A stretch of 64,000 nt of DNA from the NCBI RefSeq assembly GCF_006345805.1, contig NC_043010.1, positions 10,230,001-10,294,000 of the forward strand, in the 5' to 3' direction. Every line of letters starts with the position of its first letter. Position 1 is the stretch's first letter. This stretch comes from Octopus sinensis. Its lineage: Eukaryota. The position numbers were made by a program, and so were the translations under genes. Shown piece by piece: positions 51,257 through 64,000 of this stretch. The notes beneath the pieces were generated by a model, which searched no databases, was not told the origin of the DNA, and saw only the letters and a program-made list of their open reading frames with translations.

Positions 51257-51346
51257 TGCCTAATGCTGGAGATGTACTACAGTGTCAGTCGCTCACCACC
51301 AGTGAACCAAGGTAACACCTCTCATCCTTTGAGCACTCTCCGGAGG
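51257..51346 (-). mobile_element. RLE-LINE extreme 3' fragment B (same 3' UTR as A)
   Basis: ILRRVLKG* plus UTR, flanked on both sides by (AAT)n. Confidence 0.7.
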
Positions 51347-51406
<60 letters not shown>

Positions 51407-51970
51407 GTTATTATATGTTTGACTTTTGCTTTACATTTGCACAAGCAGGCTCCAAGTCTCACCCAGAGACCTCAAGAGACAACAAGTTAGAAGATTATGT
51501 TGGTGTAATGCCTAGGGTGTCATATATTTGGTTTTGCACAAAGTATTGTTCCAGAGAATGTTAAAGAAAACAAGAAAATTATGAGTTTGTTTTAAAATTT
51601 GAGATTACATAGACAGTATTTTACATAGGATATGAGCAGTTCCCATGAGCACTATCTTTTGAATTTCTGCCATTTTGGGGTTTCCTGGTATCTGAGCTAG
51701 GTAGCAATCAGCCCATTTTGCTATCATTCCTAAGGCACCTATGACAACAGGTATTGTTTTAGTTTTCAGGTTCCACATTTTACCGATTTCTATTTCAAGA
51801 TCTTTATATTTGCTTAGTTTTTGGTAGGTCTTGACAGATACAGATATATCGATTGGAACAGTCATCTCAATGAGGAGGCATGATTTTTGTCTGAAGTCTT
51901 TCAGTATAATGTCTGGCCTATTTGCATCTATCTTTCTGTCAGTTTGAATGGTGAAGTTCCAGAGAAGTGA
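51407..51970 (-). mobile_element. RLE-LINE (R4/Dong-like) 3' fragment C
   Basis: NRPDIILKD...LLIEMTVPIDISVSVKTYQKLSKYKDLEIEIGKMWNLKTKTIPVVIGALG (PD..D/E endonuclease motif), 3' UTR and (AAT)n tail. Confidence 0.85.
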
Positions 51971-52055
51971 GATGTAATCAAGTACTGTGGATTGATGTAA
52001 TCAACTATTGACTTCCCCAAATTTCAGACCTTCTGCCTATAGCAGATAGGATTAC

Positions 52056-52112
<57 letters not shown>

Positions 52113-52125
52113 CATTATTATTATT

Positions 52126-52343
52126 AATAAGGTGGTGAGCTGGCAGAATTGTTAGTCCACTGAGTATAATGCTTAGTGGCATTTCATCCATCTTTATGTT
52201 CTGAGTTCAAATTCTGCTGAGGTCGACTTTGCCTTTCATCCTTTTGGGGGTCAATAAATTAAGTACTAGTGAAACACTGGGGTCGAAGTAAATCGCCTGG
52301 TCCCCTACCCACAAATTTCAGGCCTTGTGCCTATAGTAGAAAA

Positions 52344-52345
<2 letters not shown>
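52126..52345 (+). mobile_element. Family B-headed SINE with an alternative 3' tail ending in (ATT)n
   Basis: Same head and central domain as family B, then CAAATTTCAGGCCTTGTGCCTATAGTAGAAA(ATT)n. Confidence 0.7.
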
Positions 52346-52385
<40 letters not shown>

Positions 52386-52669
52386 GTAGTTGTATCATCA
52401 TCATCATCATCATCATCATCATACACATACATAAACATTTTAAAGCTTTTGTTGTTTTTATTATTTGCTTCCAACATGAAATAACCTCAACCATTTTTCT
52501 TTAAAAAGTTCAAATTTTGTTTTTTATTTTTAAACTTTCTTTTCTCTGCCATAATCAGCTCCAGGTGTACGGTTGCCACAATCTTGTTACCCTGTTTTCA
52601 TAGTGAAACAGAAAATACTGTTCTATCATCATCATCATTATTATCATTATTATTATTATTATTATTGTC

Positions 52670-52928
52670 TTTTTTTTTTAAGTTAAATTAAAATACATGG
52701 ATAGTAATAGTTCTCACATCGACAATGCTCTTCTCAATATATGTGATGTACCAGTTAAGACAATCTTTTGCACTTTTTGCAGGGATGGTAAGCCAGGGAT
52801 CATTCTCATATAATTTTCGGTTCCCTTCTTGATCAATCCTAGTGCTCCTACGATCACTGGTATTGTAACCGCCTTGAGATGCCACATTTTCTCAATTTCA
52901 ATGAGCAGGTCTTTATATTTTCTGAGCT
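52670..52928 (-). mobile_element. RLE-LINE 3' fragment D
   Basis: LRKYKDLLIEIEKMWHLKAVTIPVIVGALGLIKKG...VQKIVLTGTSHILRRALSM*, flanked by (TAA)n on both sides. Confidence 0.8.
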
Positions 52929-52955
52929 TATTATTATTATTATTATTATTATTGA

Positions 52956-52987
<32 letters not shown>

Positions 52988-53304
52988 TATTATTATCATT
53001 ATCATTATTATTATTTTCTTTTTTCTTTTAACCAAAGCATCCACTATAATGAAGTAAATGTCTGATTTTGTTCTTTTAGTGTAAATGAAAAATGAAACTA
53101 GAGATAGTGACTTACTTTGAAATATTGTGTCTTTTTCCCTTTATTATATAATATATTAGCTGGGAGCAGAGTAAAAGACATTGATGACTATTTCCAGGCA
53201 ATATCTTTCAAACAAACACTATTCATCTTCTCTTAAAAGCTCTCTCAGTTGGCCGCTAATCTCACTTTTTTTTTTATTTCCATTATTTTTATTATTGTTT
53301 TTGG

Positions 53305-53337
<33 letters not shown>

Positions 53338-53891
53338 TGTTGTTGTGGTTGTTGTTGTTGTGGTTGTTGTTGTTGTTATTTGTTTTGCTTTATTTATTGC
53401 CACAATAAATCAAACTATAGTCTTCAGAATAAAACTCAATGTTTTTACAACAGGAAGAGAAAGAAAAAATAAAAGAAAAGAGAAGAAACTGAAGTATGAT
53501 GATGATGATGATGATGATGATAATAAAAAAGAGGAAAAAATAAATATACGTACATGAAGAAATAAACAAACAAGTTTTCTTCCCCCACACCCTCGTCTCT
53601 TGCTAAGAATAAGGTTTTTTTTATTTTGAGAAAAAAAAAGTTCTGTTTTAAAAAAAAAATATTTTGTTTGGAGAAAACTATCAGAGAGATAAATGGGAGC
53701 AGAGGAGACAGGGTGAGGGCAGGAAAGGGTTGTGTGTGTGTATGTGTGTGTGTGTGGGGGTGGCTGGAGGGGGTTATGCATGAAGACTTATATGAAATGT
53801 ATTGCTGAAGTAAGTTTTGATGAAAGAAAAATAATAAAAAATATTTTTAAAATATATTGATATTCTGATTATCATTGTTATTATTATTTTT

Positions 53892-53932
<41 letters not shown>

Positions 53933-53962
53933 TATTATCATTATCATTATCATCATTGTTGT

Positions 53963-53994
<32 letters not shown>

Positions 53995-54122
53995 CGTTGT
54001 TATTATTATTATTACTATTAACTTTATTATTATTATTTCATTTTTATTTTCATTTGGTTTATTCAGGCCAGACATGAAATGGTTTGAGGGTTTGAGAAAA
54101 AAAATTTTGTTGTTTTTGTTAT

Positions 54123-54185
<63 letters not shown>

Positions 54186-54194
54186 TTATCATTG

Positions 54195-54420
54195 TTGCTG
54201 TTGTTTTATTATTCAAAAGCTGTTACATGTTAATTTATTTACAAGAGATGTTACTTTGTGGTTTGGTGACAAGTTCCATGAAATTTCGACAATCTTTTGT
54301 TTTAGGATTCTTGGAGAAAACAGAATGGTCAACAGTATGTATATCTCAGTTCCAATATCCTCCAATCTCTTATATAGCAATTTTGGTATGGTACTGAGTG
54401 TACCAATCACCACAAGAACG
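54195..54420 (-). mobile_element. Degraded RLE-LINE 3' fragment E
   Basis: VVIGTLSTIPKLLYKRLEDIG...SPRIL resembles the IVIGALGTIPK...SARILRRVL C-terminus. Confidence 0.55.
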
Positions 54421-55082
54421 ATTTTTATATTTTGTTTTTGTATTTAATTTCCAAAAGTCCCAATGTGAATCAGGATTCATGTGTGGAATTGAAACAGAAA
54501 CAGCTTCTGATACACCTTGGGAGGGTCATTATGTCAATGATAAGCACACATATACACACACTGGTTCTGTTTCACATCTCTTATTATTAGTAGTCAATTT
54601 GTTAACATTTAACCAATTAATTAATTGATTGTCTGATTAATCATTTAGTTAATTAGTCAATAACCAGCTTTGTCAAACTCCTTCTGCCACTTTTTGGTGA
54701 TCACTATAATGACATGTCCTCTCTACTCAAAGTCTGCTTCAAATCAATAACAATCAGGTATAGAAGAACAGGAATGGAAAGACTTAGTACCACGTTTCAA
54801 TGTTAATGTAAAATCAGGAACAGTAATAGTTTTTATTAACAACCTGTGACACATTGGTATTCCAGAATGCCAGGCAGTCAAAATTTTAATATTATTTAAA
54901 GATGTGCTACATACAATATTTTTTAGATTTGTCATATATAGTTGTACTTTCTTTCGGCAGCTATGAAGCTGAAAGTTAGTGATCCCTGATGATTCATAAA
55001 AAAAGATTGAAACTGGTCAGCTCATTCTTCATTCTAAAGCCCTACGATTAAACAATGAACTATGATATCACAATGTGCTTAA

Positions 55083-55303
55083 CCCTTTCGTTACTGTATT
55101 TATTTTGAGATGCTCTGTGTTTCTTTCAATTACTTTAAATATAACAAAGAATTTAGTAAAATAACTTAGTTATCATTAAACTAGTGTTAGGAACATAAAT
55201 TGTGACTAAGATTTGGCAGAAGATTTTAATTCAAAACTTATGAAAACAAGACCTTTGTACTACAGAGCCAGAGCCGGTTTCAGCTGGGTTAGTAACGAAA
55301 GGG
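55083..55303. mobile_element. piggyBac-type MITE
   Basis: TTAA|CCCTTTCGTTAC...GTAACGAAAGGG|TTAA. Confidence 0.85.
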
Positions 55304-55514
55304 TTAATATTCATTTTACATTAGTTGTATATATTTGTGCTTTCTTTTGACAACTACAAAGTTGAAAGTAAGTAATATCTGATGATTCTTAAGAGAAATG
55401 AAACTTGTCAGATGAATCTTCATTCTGAAATGTTGAAAGCCCTGTGATTAAACCATGGACTGTAATTTCTCATTGAGCCTAAATATCTATTTATCAACCT
55501 TTAAGTCAGGTATT

Positions 55515-55935
55515 ACTCTTTTACTCTTTTATTTATTTATTTATTTTATTACTTGTTTCAGCCAGTTGACTGCGGCCATGCTGGAGCACTGCCTTTAGTC
55601 GAGCAACTCGACCCCGGGACTTATTCTTTGTAAGCCCAGTACTTATTCCATCGGTCTCTTTTGCCGAACCGCTAAGTGACGGGGACATAAATACACCAGC
55701 ATCGGTTGTCAAGCAATGCTAGGGGGACAAACACAGACACACAAACATACACGCAAACATATATATATATATACATATATACGACGGGCTTCTTTCAGTT
55801 TCCGTCTACCAAATCCACTCACAAGGCTTTGGTCGGCCCGAAGCTATAGTAGAAGACACTTGCCCAAAGTGCCACACAGTGGGACTGAACCCGGAACCAT
55901 GTGGTTGGTAAGCAAGCTACTTACCACACAGCCAA
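55515..55935 (-). mobile_element. Young SINE family A copy
   Basis: Family A architecture. Confidence 0.85.
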
Positions 55936-56139
55936 TACTTATCTATTCACATTATTTTGAATCAATCATGCATTATCCTGTAACTGTGATTTTTTGATGA
56001 GGTGACTGTTTATTCTTAGGATGACATTGTTGGGTAGGTGTGAGATTCTGGGTCTGGTCAGTTTGAGTATAACATAGGTAGAATATTTGGGGCTATATAC
56101 AGTTAGTCTTTAAATGTTAAAGGATTAAGTTTATTTTGG

Positions 56140-56675
56140 TGCAGGCATGGTTGTATGGTTAAGAAGTCCTCTTCAAAACCACATGGCTTAAAGTTCAGTT
56201 TCATTGTTCTGAGCCTTCCATACCTTGTAAATGAAGTTGGTAGAAGGAAAATTTATGGTAAACCATAGTATGTATGTATGTATGTATGTATGTATGTATG
56301 TATGTATGTATGTATGTATGTATGCATGCATGTATGTATGTATGTATGTGTATGTATGTATGTATGATTGTATGTATGTATGATTGTATATATGTGTGTG
56401 TGTTGGGTAAGTGTGAATGTGTATGCATGGTTATTTGTGTATGGTTATGTGTATATGTCAATATATGTGTCTGTGTTTGTCCCCCCAGCATTGCTTGACA
56501 ACCGATGCTGGTGCGTTTACGTCTCTGTAACTTAGCGGTTTGGCAAAAGAGACTGATAGAATAAGTACTAGGCTTACAAAGAATAAGTTCTGGGGTCGAT
56601 TAGCTCGACTAAAGGTGGTGCTCCAGCATGGCCACAGTCACATGACTGAAACAAGTAAAAGTAGTAAAAGAGTAA
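56140..56675 (+). mobile_element. SINE family A copy with expanded internal (TATG)n
   Basis: Family A halves flanking a microsatellite. Confidence 0.7.
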
Positions 56676-56679
56676 TAGT

Positions 56680-56990
56680 TCACACTCCGTCGGTTACGAT
56701 GATGAGTGTTTCTATTGAACCAATCAACGGAACGGCATGAAAGTGGCTGAGTACTCCACAGGCATGCATACATTCAATGTAGATCTCAGGGAGATTCAGT
56801 GTGACACAGGATGTAACAAAGCTGGCCCTTTGAATTACTGGTACTACTCCTTTTTGCCAGATGAGTGGACTCAAACAATACTGAAGTAAAGTTTCTTGCT
56901 CAAAGACACAATGCACCACCAGGAATTGAACTCAAAGTCTTATGACCATGAACAGAATATCCTTAACCACTTTGCCACGAACCTTCACAT
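56680..56990 (-). mobile_element. Old tRNA-derived SINE (as 5490-5808)
   Basis: Homologous to 5490-5808. Confidence 0.65.
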
Positions 56991-57315
56991 TTGCATAATA
57001 CAGTGAAATGAAACAGAGATGCAAAATATCATTGCTGATAGCCCTATATTGAAGAGCATTTAGATTTCCCTCCAAAAATATCTAAGATACCTTATAAAAT
57101 ATTAAATGAATTCTAGTATTTGACTATTTTAACAATGGTGCCTACTGTTCTTTCCACCACCTTTTGCAGTCTCCAAAAATTTATTGATATTTTGAAAATC
57201 GAAGCAGATGGAATTAGTTTTAGATCTCTTCATTAGTTGAGGAACTTTACTGGCTTTATATTCATACCAGCTTTTGGCAGAATGCTATTTTGTTTTTCCT
57301 CTAGTATTTCAGCTA

Positions 57316-57558
57316 AAGGTGGCGAGCTGGCAGAATCATTAGCACACCGGGCGAAATGCTTAGCGGTATTTCATCTGCTGCTACGTTCTGAGTTCAAATT
57401 CCTCCGAGGTCGACTTTGCCTTTCATCCTTTTGGAGTCGATTAAATAAGTACCAGTTACAAACTAGGGTCGATATAATCGACTTAATCTGTTTGTCTGTA
57501 CTTGTTTGTCCTCTCCTCTCTGTGTATAGCCCCTTGTGGGTAGTAAAGAAATAAGTAT
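57316..57558 (+). mobile_element. SINE family B monomer ending in a partial second unit
   Basis: Ends AAAGAAATAAGTATTTCA. Confidence 0.8.
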
Positions 57559-60491
57559 TTCAGCCAGTGAGAATGCATTCAATTCCAGGACAAGTCAGCC
57601 AATCTGTACTCTGGGACAAGCGCCATGAAAAGATGGCATAATATAAAGTTGATCTTGGCAAAATTTGAACTCAGAACATGAAGTGTTATAATTAAATATT
57701 TCAGGCTTTTTGTACAACACTATTTCAGCCAGTTCACCACCTTAAGGTTAACCTTCTTGAATCGTTAAACAAAAAAAAAAAAAATTTAAACATGAAAAAA
57801 AATTATAATTGAAGAAGGGGAAAAAATGAGTCATACTGATAATTTCCAGTAAACAAATAAATGGAGGAATATTTCATGCTGAGAGTTTATAATTTTATTA
57901 ACCTACAAAAATCAATTGAGTAATAATGTATCAGATATAGTTTTGCAATAATGGACAAAATTATCAATGATTTTTAAAAAAAATTTCTGAATACTATCTC
58001 AGCAGGCACATACAGCTCAGTCTCTTTCATATGCTACTAACAACCTTTATATATTATCACAAAGTTCACCGAAATCTCTGCCATTCTCTTAAGAAAAAGG
58101 CGATGAGAAAAAGGGAGAAGTATATCTAGATTGTATATGGCAAACATTCCTAACCAAATACAATAAACTGGTAATACACTTTCCTTACATTTCTAATATA
58201 CATTATTGAGAGACATTTCTTCTCCTTTTTCTCTTCTTCCTATTTTGAAAATTGAAGTACAAAACAAAAAGAATATTTTAGAAAGTGTCAACTAAAATTC
58301 ACGAGAAAACACAAGAATATAAGAAAGAAATATATAAAATATCTTTGTTCTGTTTGAAAATGGAATGCAACCGTTCTGTTACACTGAACTCAAGAGATTA
58401 CTTTGAAAAAGGGATAAACTTAATTGGCTCTGTGTTTTCTTTTTGTTTTTTTTTGTTTTTACTATTCGTTTTTTTTTTTGTTTTTTTTTCCCCAATACAT
58501 AAGAACACATTGAGAGTGGTAATCATTTAGTGGAATTGTGTTAGATTCAGGTGTTCAGGAAATATATTTCTTGACATAAAAATGAGATTATGAATAAGGT
58601 AATTAAATAATGAAAAGAAAAGAGAAAGCTTCTCAAGTCAATGTATCAACAAAAAAACAAAAAAAAACAGAAAAATATTTAACATCATATTTTGGAGAAA
58701 AATATTCAAGAGAGAACTAATAAAGTCAATGATTTATATTCCTTGAATCAATTGAAAGATTGTGCTACATATTGATTTGCCTAGCTGCCACCCAATTTAA
58801 TTTCTATATTACTTTCCATTCACTTTCCTCTTATCTGCTGTAAGCTAGAGAAAAATTAGGCTTGAAATTCCATTAAGTTTATTGAACATTTGAAAAATAG
58901 CTAAGCTACTGATGCAATATATTTGCATTTGGAATTTCAAAATAAGGCCACCTAACACATCAATGTGTGGCTGCTTCTTATACTTGACAGTTTAAAGTGT
59001 GGTTGATTCTTTAAGTTAATCAATCTGGCATAGATGGTGTCTTGTAGTTAACAAGTCCAAATGAGATTGCTTCTACTGGTTAACACTCCAGCGTTAAGTT
59101 TGCTGGTGTTAACATAACAATGTATGACTTGTTGTATTTGACCAATGTACATATATTTAATTAAAGTTAACAGTTGAAAGTGATAATTTGAATTGTGAAT
59201 ATTAAATAAAATCTAAACTATAGTTCAAAGTGTGAATATTTTAATAACGGCAACTATTCAATGTGTAGTTATTATTGTAAAATGTAAATTTCTAATCAAA
59301 TTCATTGTAATTAATAGATTAACGTGAAGTAAATTAATAATAGTTCACCCTTTGAAACATATTAACTCAAAGATCCAGTTGATTTTAGTTATTACAATTA
59401 ACATTTCAAAGCAGAGATGAAAAAAATATTTTCTGTATAAGATGACAATGAAACAGTAGTACAAATATTCAACAGTAGCAATTTGTTTATGCTTTTGTTG
59501 TTGTTTTTTTATATTTTTCTATTTGTATATATTTATTTATTTATTTATTTTTAACTGAATTTTATATGTATGTGAAATGGCAGAGTGTTTAGACAGTTGA
59601 AATGAGTCTCTAAAATTTATATTGAAATAAGGATAGAAAATGGTTTGAAATCATGTATTCAGACAATGAGAGGTGTTCTATTAATTATAATGAAAGCTCC
59701 AAAATTTGCATTCTATATAATAGAATTTACTGTATTTTGATAAAGTAAATATATAAGGTACAACATTTGTATTGCTAATGTTCTGAACAAAAGATCAAAA
59801 CAACATACATTTAATCTCTCTTGCTTATATTGTGCTCCAAGGCAAGTGACAACATTCAAATGAAATCAGTTTAATTTAAAATAAGTACTGGTTGTATTTC
59901 ACCCTTGATTGACTGGTTTAGGATAATTTCAACAATTCAAACAGATGTTTCAAACTTGTGGAGCCATACACTGTAAATAACCGACCTCTTTTTATTTGAT
60001 TCCTTTCGGTCATATGACTGCGGCCATGCTGGGGCACTACCTTGAAGAATTTAGTCGAACAAATCAACCCCAGGACTTTATTTCTTGTTTAAAGTCTGGT
60101 ACTCATTCTTTTGGTCTCTTTTGCCAATCTGCTAAGTTATGTAGAGGTGAGTGAATGATAAGTAATATAGAAACAAACCAATACCAGAGATGAAGCTGTG
60201 GTGAAGACAAACATAAACACATGCACGTTCATGTTTACAAACATACAGGCAGGCGCATACAGTCACACACACACACATACAAATGCACACACATATATAA
60301 ACTCACTCACACATACATGCACACATATATACAAGTTCATGACAGTGTTCAAATGGAGCTTAAGACATTTATATTATTATCATGAGGACCAGAAAGGAAA
60401 TGAAAAACATGAGCTTGAAGCAATCATTTTCGCCTGTGCCATTCACAAAAGTTTTAAATGAAAGAAAATAAGGATAAATGCTTTATTTCAG

Positions 60492-60860
60492 TGGAGGTGC
60501 AATGGCCCAGTGGTTAGGGAAGAGGACTCGCAGTCGGAGGATCGTGGTTTCAAATCCCAGACCGGGCATTGTGTGTGTTTATTGAACGAAAACACCTAAG
60601 GCTCCAGAATGAAGCTATAGCCGATCATGGTGAAGATTTCCTGCACAGGACGTTCCACAAGGCTCTGGTAGGGGTTGGTGGTGACCCCTGTTGTACTCTT
60701 TCGCCCCAACTTTCTCTCACTCTTTCTTACTGTTTCTTGAGTAATGCTGCGATGGACTGGTGTCCCATCCAGCTTGGGGGGGGGGACACATACACCATAG
60801 AAACCAGGTAACCGGGACCATGAGCCTGGCTAGGTTTGTAAAGGGCACATATAAAACAAA
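60492..60860 (+). mobile_element. Full-length SINE family C (tRNA head, V-domain-like)
   Basis: Head GGAGGTGCAATGGCCCAGTGGTTAGG...GGTTTCAAATCCC; GCGATGGACTGGTGTCCCATCCAG; homologous to 1-228. Confidence 0.75.
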
Positions 60861-61029
60861 TAAATAGTCATAAAAGTTATATTGTTCTTTTTAGAAAGGT
60901 GTGGCTGTGTGGTAGAAGTTTGCTTCCTAACTGCAAGTGTCTTTTACTATAGTTTTGGGCCAACCAAATCCTTGCGAGTGGATTTGATTAATGGAAGCAG
61001 AAATATACCCATTGTATAAATATGTATAT

Positions 61030-61455
61030 TCTCTTTACTCTTTTACTCTTTTACTTGTTTCAGTCATTTGACTGCGGCCATGCTGGAGCACCGCCTTTAA
61101 TCGAGCAACTCGATCCCTGGACTTATTCTTTTGTAAGCCCAGTACTTATTCTATCGGTCTCTTTTTGCCGAACCGCTAAGTAACAGGGACGTAAACACAC
61201 CAGCATCGGTTGTCAAGCAATGCTAGGGGGACAAACACACACACACAAACACACACGCACACACACACACATATATATATACATATATACGACGGGCTTC
61301 TTTCAGTTTCCGTCTACCAAATCCACTCACAAGGCATTGGTCAGCCCGGTGCTATAGCAGAAGACACTTGCCCAAGGTGCCACACAGTGGGACTGAACCC
61401 GGAACCACGTGGTTGGTTAGCACACTACTTACCACACAGCCACTCCTGCACCTGT
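61030..61455 (-). mobile_element. Young SINE family A copy
   Basis: Family A architecture. Confidence 0.85.
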
Positions 61456-61548
61456 ATATAAATCCTAATATATAAATATTATTTACATTATTTCGTTTTT
61501 AGATTTGGTTTGTAAGATTCTTTATGTGAGTTTGTATGTTGAAGTATG

Positions 61549-61824
61549 TTCTGTTGTGTTTGTGAAGAGTCATTCTCTTTTGGTGCCTTATAATTTACAC
61601 ACTCACTGGTAAAATTTCCGCTTATTTCTTTTTTATTTTTCTAAAATTTTCGTTGCGTCTTCCAACCTTTTCAATAGTTTTGACTCTTTTCAAAACTATT
61701 GAAAAGGTGGCAAGATGCAACGAAAATTTTAGAAAAATAAAAAAGAAATAAGCGGAAATTTTATTGGAGAGTGTGTAAATTATAAGGCACCAAAAGAGAA
61801 TGATTCTTCCCAGATACAACAGAA
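61549..61824. repeat. Long palindrome (135-bp arms, 6-nt loop) followed by a second short hairpin
   Basis: Arms 61549-61683 and 61690-61824; short hairpin at about 61826-61873. Confidence 0.9.
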
Positions 61825-61950
61825 TTTACATTATTTATATTTGACAAATATCCATCAAATGTAAATAATGTACATAATTCCTCATCTTTTCAATATAGTA
61901 TATATATATATATACTTTCAACATTAATGGAAATTGTAGCTGAGATACCA

Positions 61951-62322
61951 GTGCAGGTGGCATGTAAGAGAACCATCCGAATGTGGCCGTTGCCAGTGCC
62001 GCCCCGACTGGCCTCCGTGCCGGTGGCACGTAAAAAGCACCATCCAATTGTAGCCATTGCTAGCCTTGTCTGGCCCCCATGCTGGTGGCACATAAAAAGC
62101 ACCATCCAATCATGGCTGTTTGCCAGCCTCGTCTGGCACCTGTGCAGGTGGCACATAAAAAGCACCCACTACACTCTCGGAGTTAAGAAGGGCATCCAGC
62201 TGTAGAAACACTGCCAGATCAGACTTGGCCTGGCGCAGAGTTCTGGCTTCCCAGACCCTAGTTGAACCGTCCAACCCATGCTAGCATGGAAAACGGATGT
62301 TAAACGATGATGATGATGATAT
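61951..62322 (+). mobile_element. RTE-tail element with four 62-66 bp tandem units
   Basis: Units start at 61951, 62017, 62079 and 62142 (GTGCCGGTGGCACGTAAAAAGCACC), then the RTE-type tail and (GAT)n. Confidence 0.8.
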
Positions 62323-63787
62323 ACACACACATATATATATGTATATTTGTATATGTGTATATTTATATAGATATATATATATATGTATGTATATGTTTAT
62401 ATATATACATATATATGTACATACACACACACACATATATATATTTTGTGTGTCCTTGTGTCTGTGTTTGTCCCTCACCACTGATTGACAACTGATGTCG
62501 GTGTGTTTACATCATTGTAACAAAGCAGTTCAGCAAAAGAGACCCATAGAATAAGTACTAAGCTTTAAAAAAATGAATACCTACTAGGGTCGATTTTTTT
62601 ATGTCTAAAAATTCTTCAAGACAGTGCTCCAGCATGGCCACAGTCTAATGACTGTAACACATAAAAGGTAAAAAAAAAATAAAGAGTAAAATATGATATA
62701 TTTAAAAAAAAATTGTTTCCCCTTATTCACTTTTGTTTCAGAGTTCACTGTTACATTCTAATTAATTAAAATGAAAACCATGCAATATATTTCACATGGG
62801 AATCAATTAAGAAGTAGGTCTAATTATTTCATATGAAACTAATTAAACACAAGCAGTTATTAGTCAATGTTAGGGTGTGCTTACCAATGTGAAGAATCAT
62901 TTTTGATCTTAGATTTCTCCTGCTTCACAACTTTCTTTCATTCCGAGCCTCATTTTCAAGCGGCAAGCTACAGACAGAAGAGAAACAGAACCATCAATAC
63001 AGTAAAATGACAGAACTTATCTTTAATGATTTACTGCTGAAATTCTTATAATAAAGAAAGAATTAAATGACTCATAGAATTATCTTCAGCTGTTACTCTG
63101 ATCTCCCATATATCATTTTCTTTTCTATTGCAAAAATTTCTTAAGTAGTATTAAGGATTTGTTATTAAAGTATAAAGCAAATCTTCAGAAAGTTCTTCTT
63201 TCTATCTAGTTTACAGAATATTATTTTTAGTTTCACTTTCACTTTGATACATGTAACCTTATTTATAGCTGTTCATTTGTCACTAGTCTGGAATGAGATA
63301 CAATCAATTGTGAACCATGTTATGTTCATCATAGATTGATCTGTGATTACACAGGTTGGTGACTGGTCAATCAGTCAAGGGATTCTGCTTGTACCACAAA
63401 AATGCACCTCAGTGACCACCAACGAGAGTCACCTTCCAAGCATGCGCTGACCATCACTGGTGTTTACATCACTGTGCTGTGAGACTGTGAATTTATTTTA
63501 TACAGATATGGCTGTGTGGTAAGAAGCTTGCTTCCCAATCACATGGTACCAGGTTCAGTCCCACTGCATGGCACCTTGGACAAGTGTTTCCAACTCTAGC
63601 TTCAAGCCAACCAAAGCATTGTATGCAGATTTGGTAGATGGAAACTGAAAAGAAACCCATCGTATATATATATATATAAAATCAAAATGAGAGTGAAAAA
63701 TTGGACATTAATTTGATAACATCAATTTTAACACCAGTGGTCTAGCATATAAAAAAACTGGGATTCAGTAAATAGTAGTTCATACAT

Positions 63788-64000
63788 AAATATAAGTGGG
63801 AATTTTTTTAACCATTATGTAGAAACATTTATGCTAGAAGAAGATCTGTTAAGAATTTAGCACACCAGAAACGTAAGCTCGCTTACATTTCTGGTGTGCT
63901 AAATTTTCTGGAGAACAATTCTTAGTGGTTGAGACCATAGCGGATTTTCTTCTAGCATAAGTGTTTCTAGATAGTGGTTAAAAAATTCCCTCTTATATTT
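63788..64000. repeat. Long asymmetric palindrome reaching the window end
   Basis: Inner arms 63854-63878 and 63881-63905 (2-nt loop); outer arms 63788-63848 and 63941-64000. Confidence 0.85.

Noticed and set aside
57153-57276. Minus-strand open frame ending FQNINKFLETAK (calponin-homology-like)
   Set aside because: No credible acceptor and a weak donor.
59079-59113. Short hairpin GTTAACAC...CCAGC/GCTGG...TGTTAAC as a possible miRNA
   Set aside because: The stem is too short for a pre-miRNA and matches no miRNA I recognise.

Overview
AT-rich, microsatellite-dense animal genomic DNA. The repeat landscape (several tRNA-headed SINE families, RTE-type (GAT)n tails, Penelope-like and R4/Dong-like retroelement remnants, mariner/maT, hAT, piggyBac and Helitron non-autonomous elements) resembles an Octopus/coleoid cephalopod genome; this is an inference. 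There is no long intact ORF. Nearly all ORFs in the supplied track are translations of microsatellites or decayed transposons. A chain of four phase-compatible short exons on the minus strand (41818 down to 37086), plus weaker candidates, suggests the window is mostly intronic DNA of one large unidentified minus-strand gene. Most notable observations: (1) a U6 snRNA fragment fused to the 5' end of a SINE, the whole chimera flanked by one target-site duplication; (2) the same SINE family forms head-to-tail multimers with an invariant junction at four independent loci; (3) five long fold-back elements and two minimal hammerhead-ribozyme-like motifs occur alongside a decayed Penelope-like RT; (4) three short local templated duplications, one with provable provenance; (5) a cluster of restriction-like-endonuclease LINE 3' ends in (TAA)n tracts; (6) a CpG-rich solo LTR nested in a piggyBac-type MITE. 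All alignments and splice calls were made by eye.
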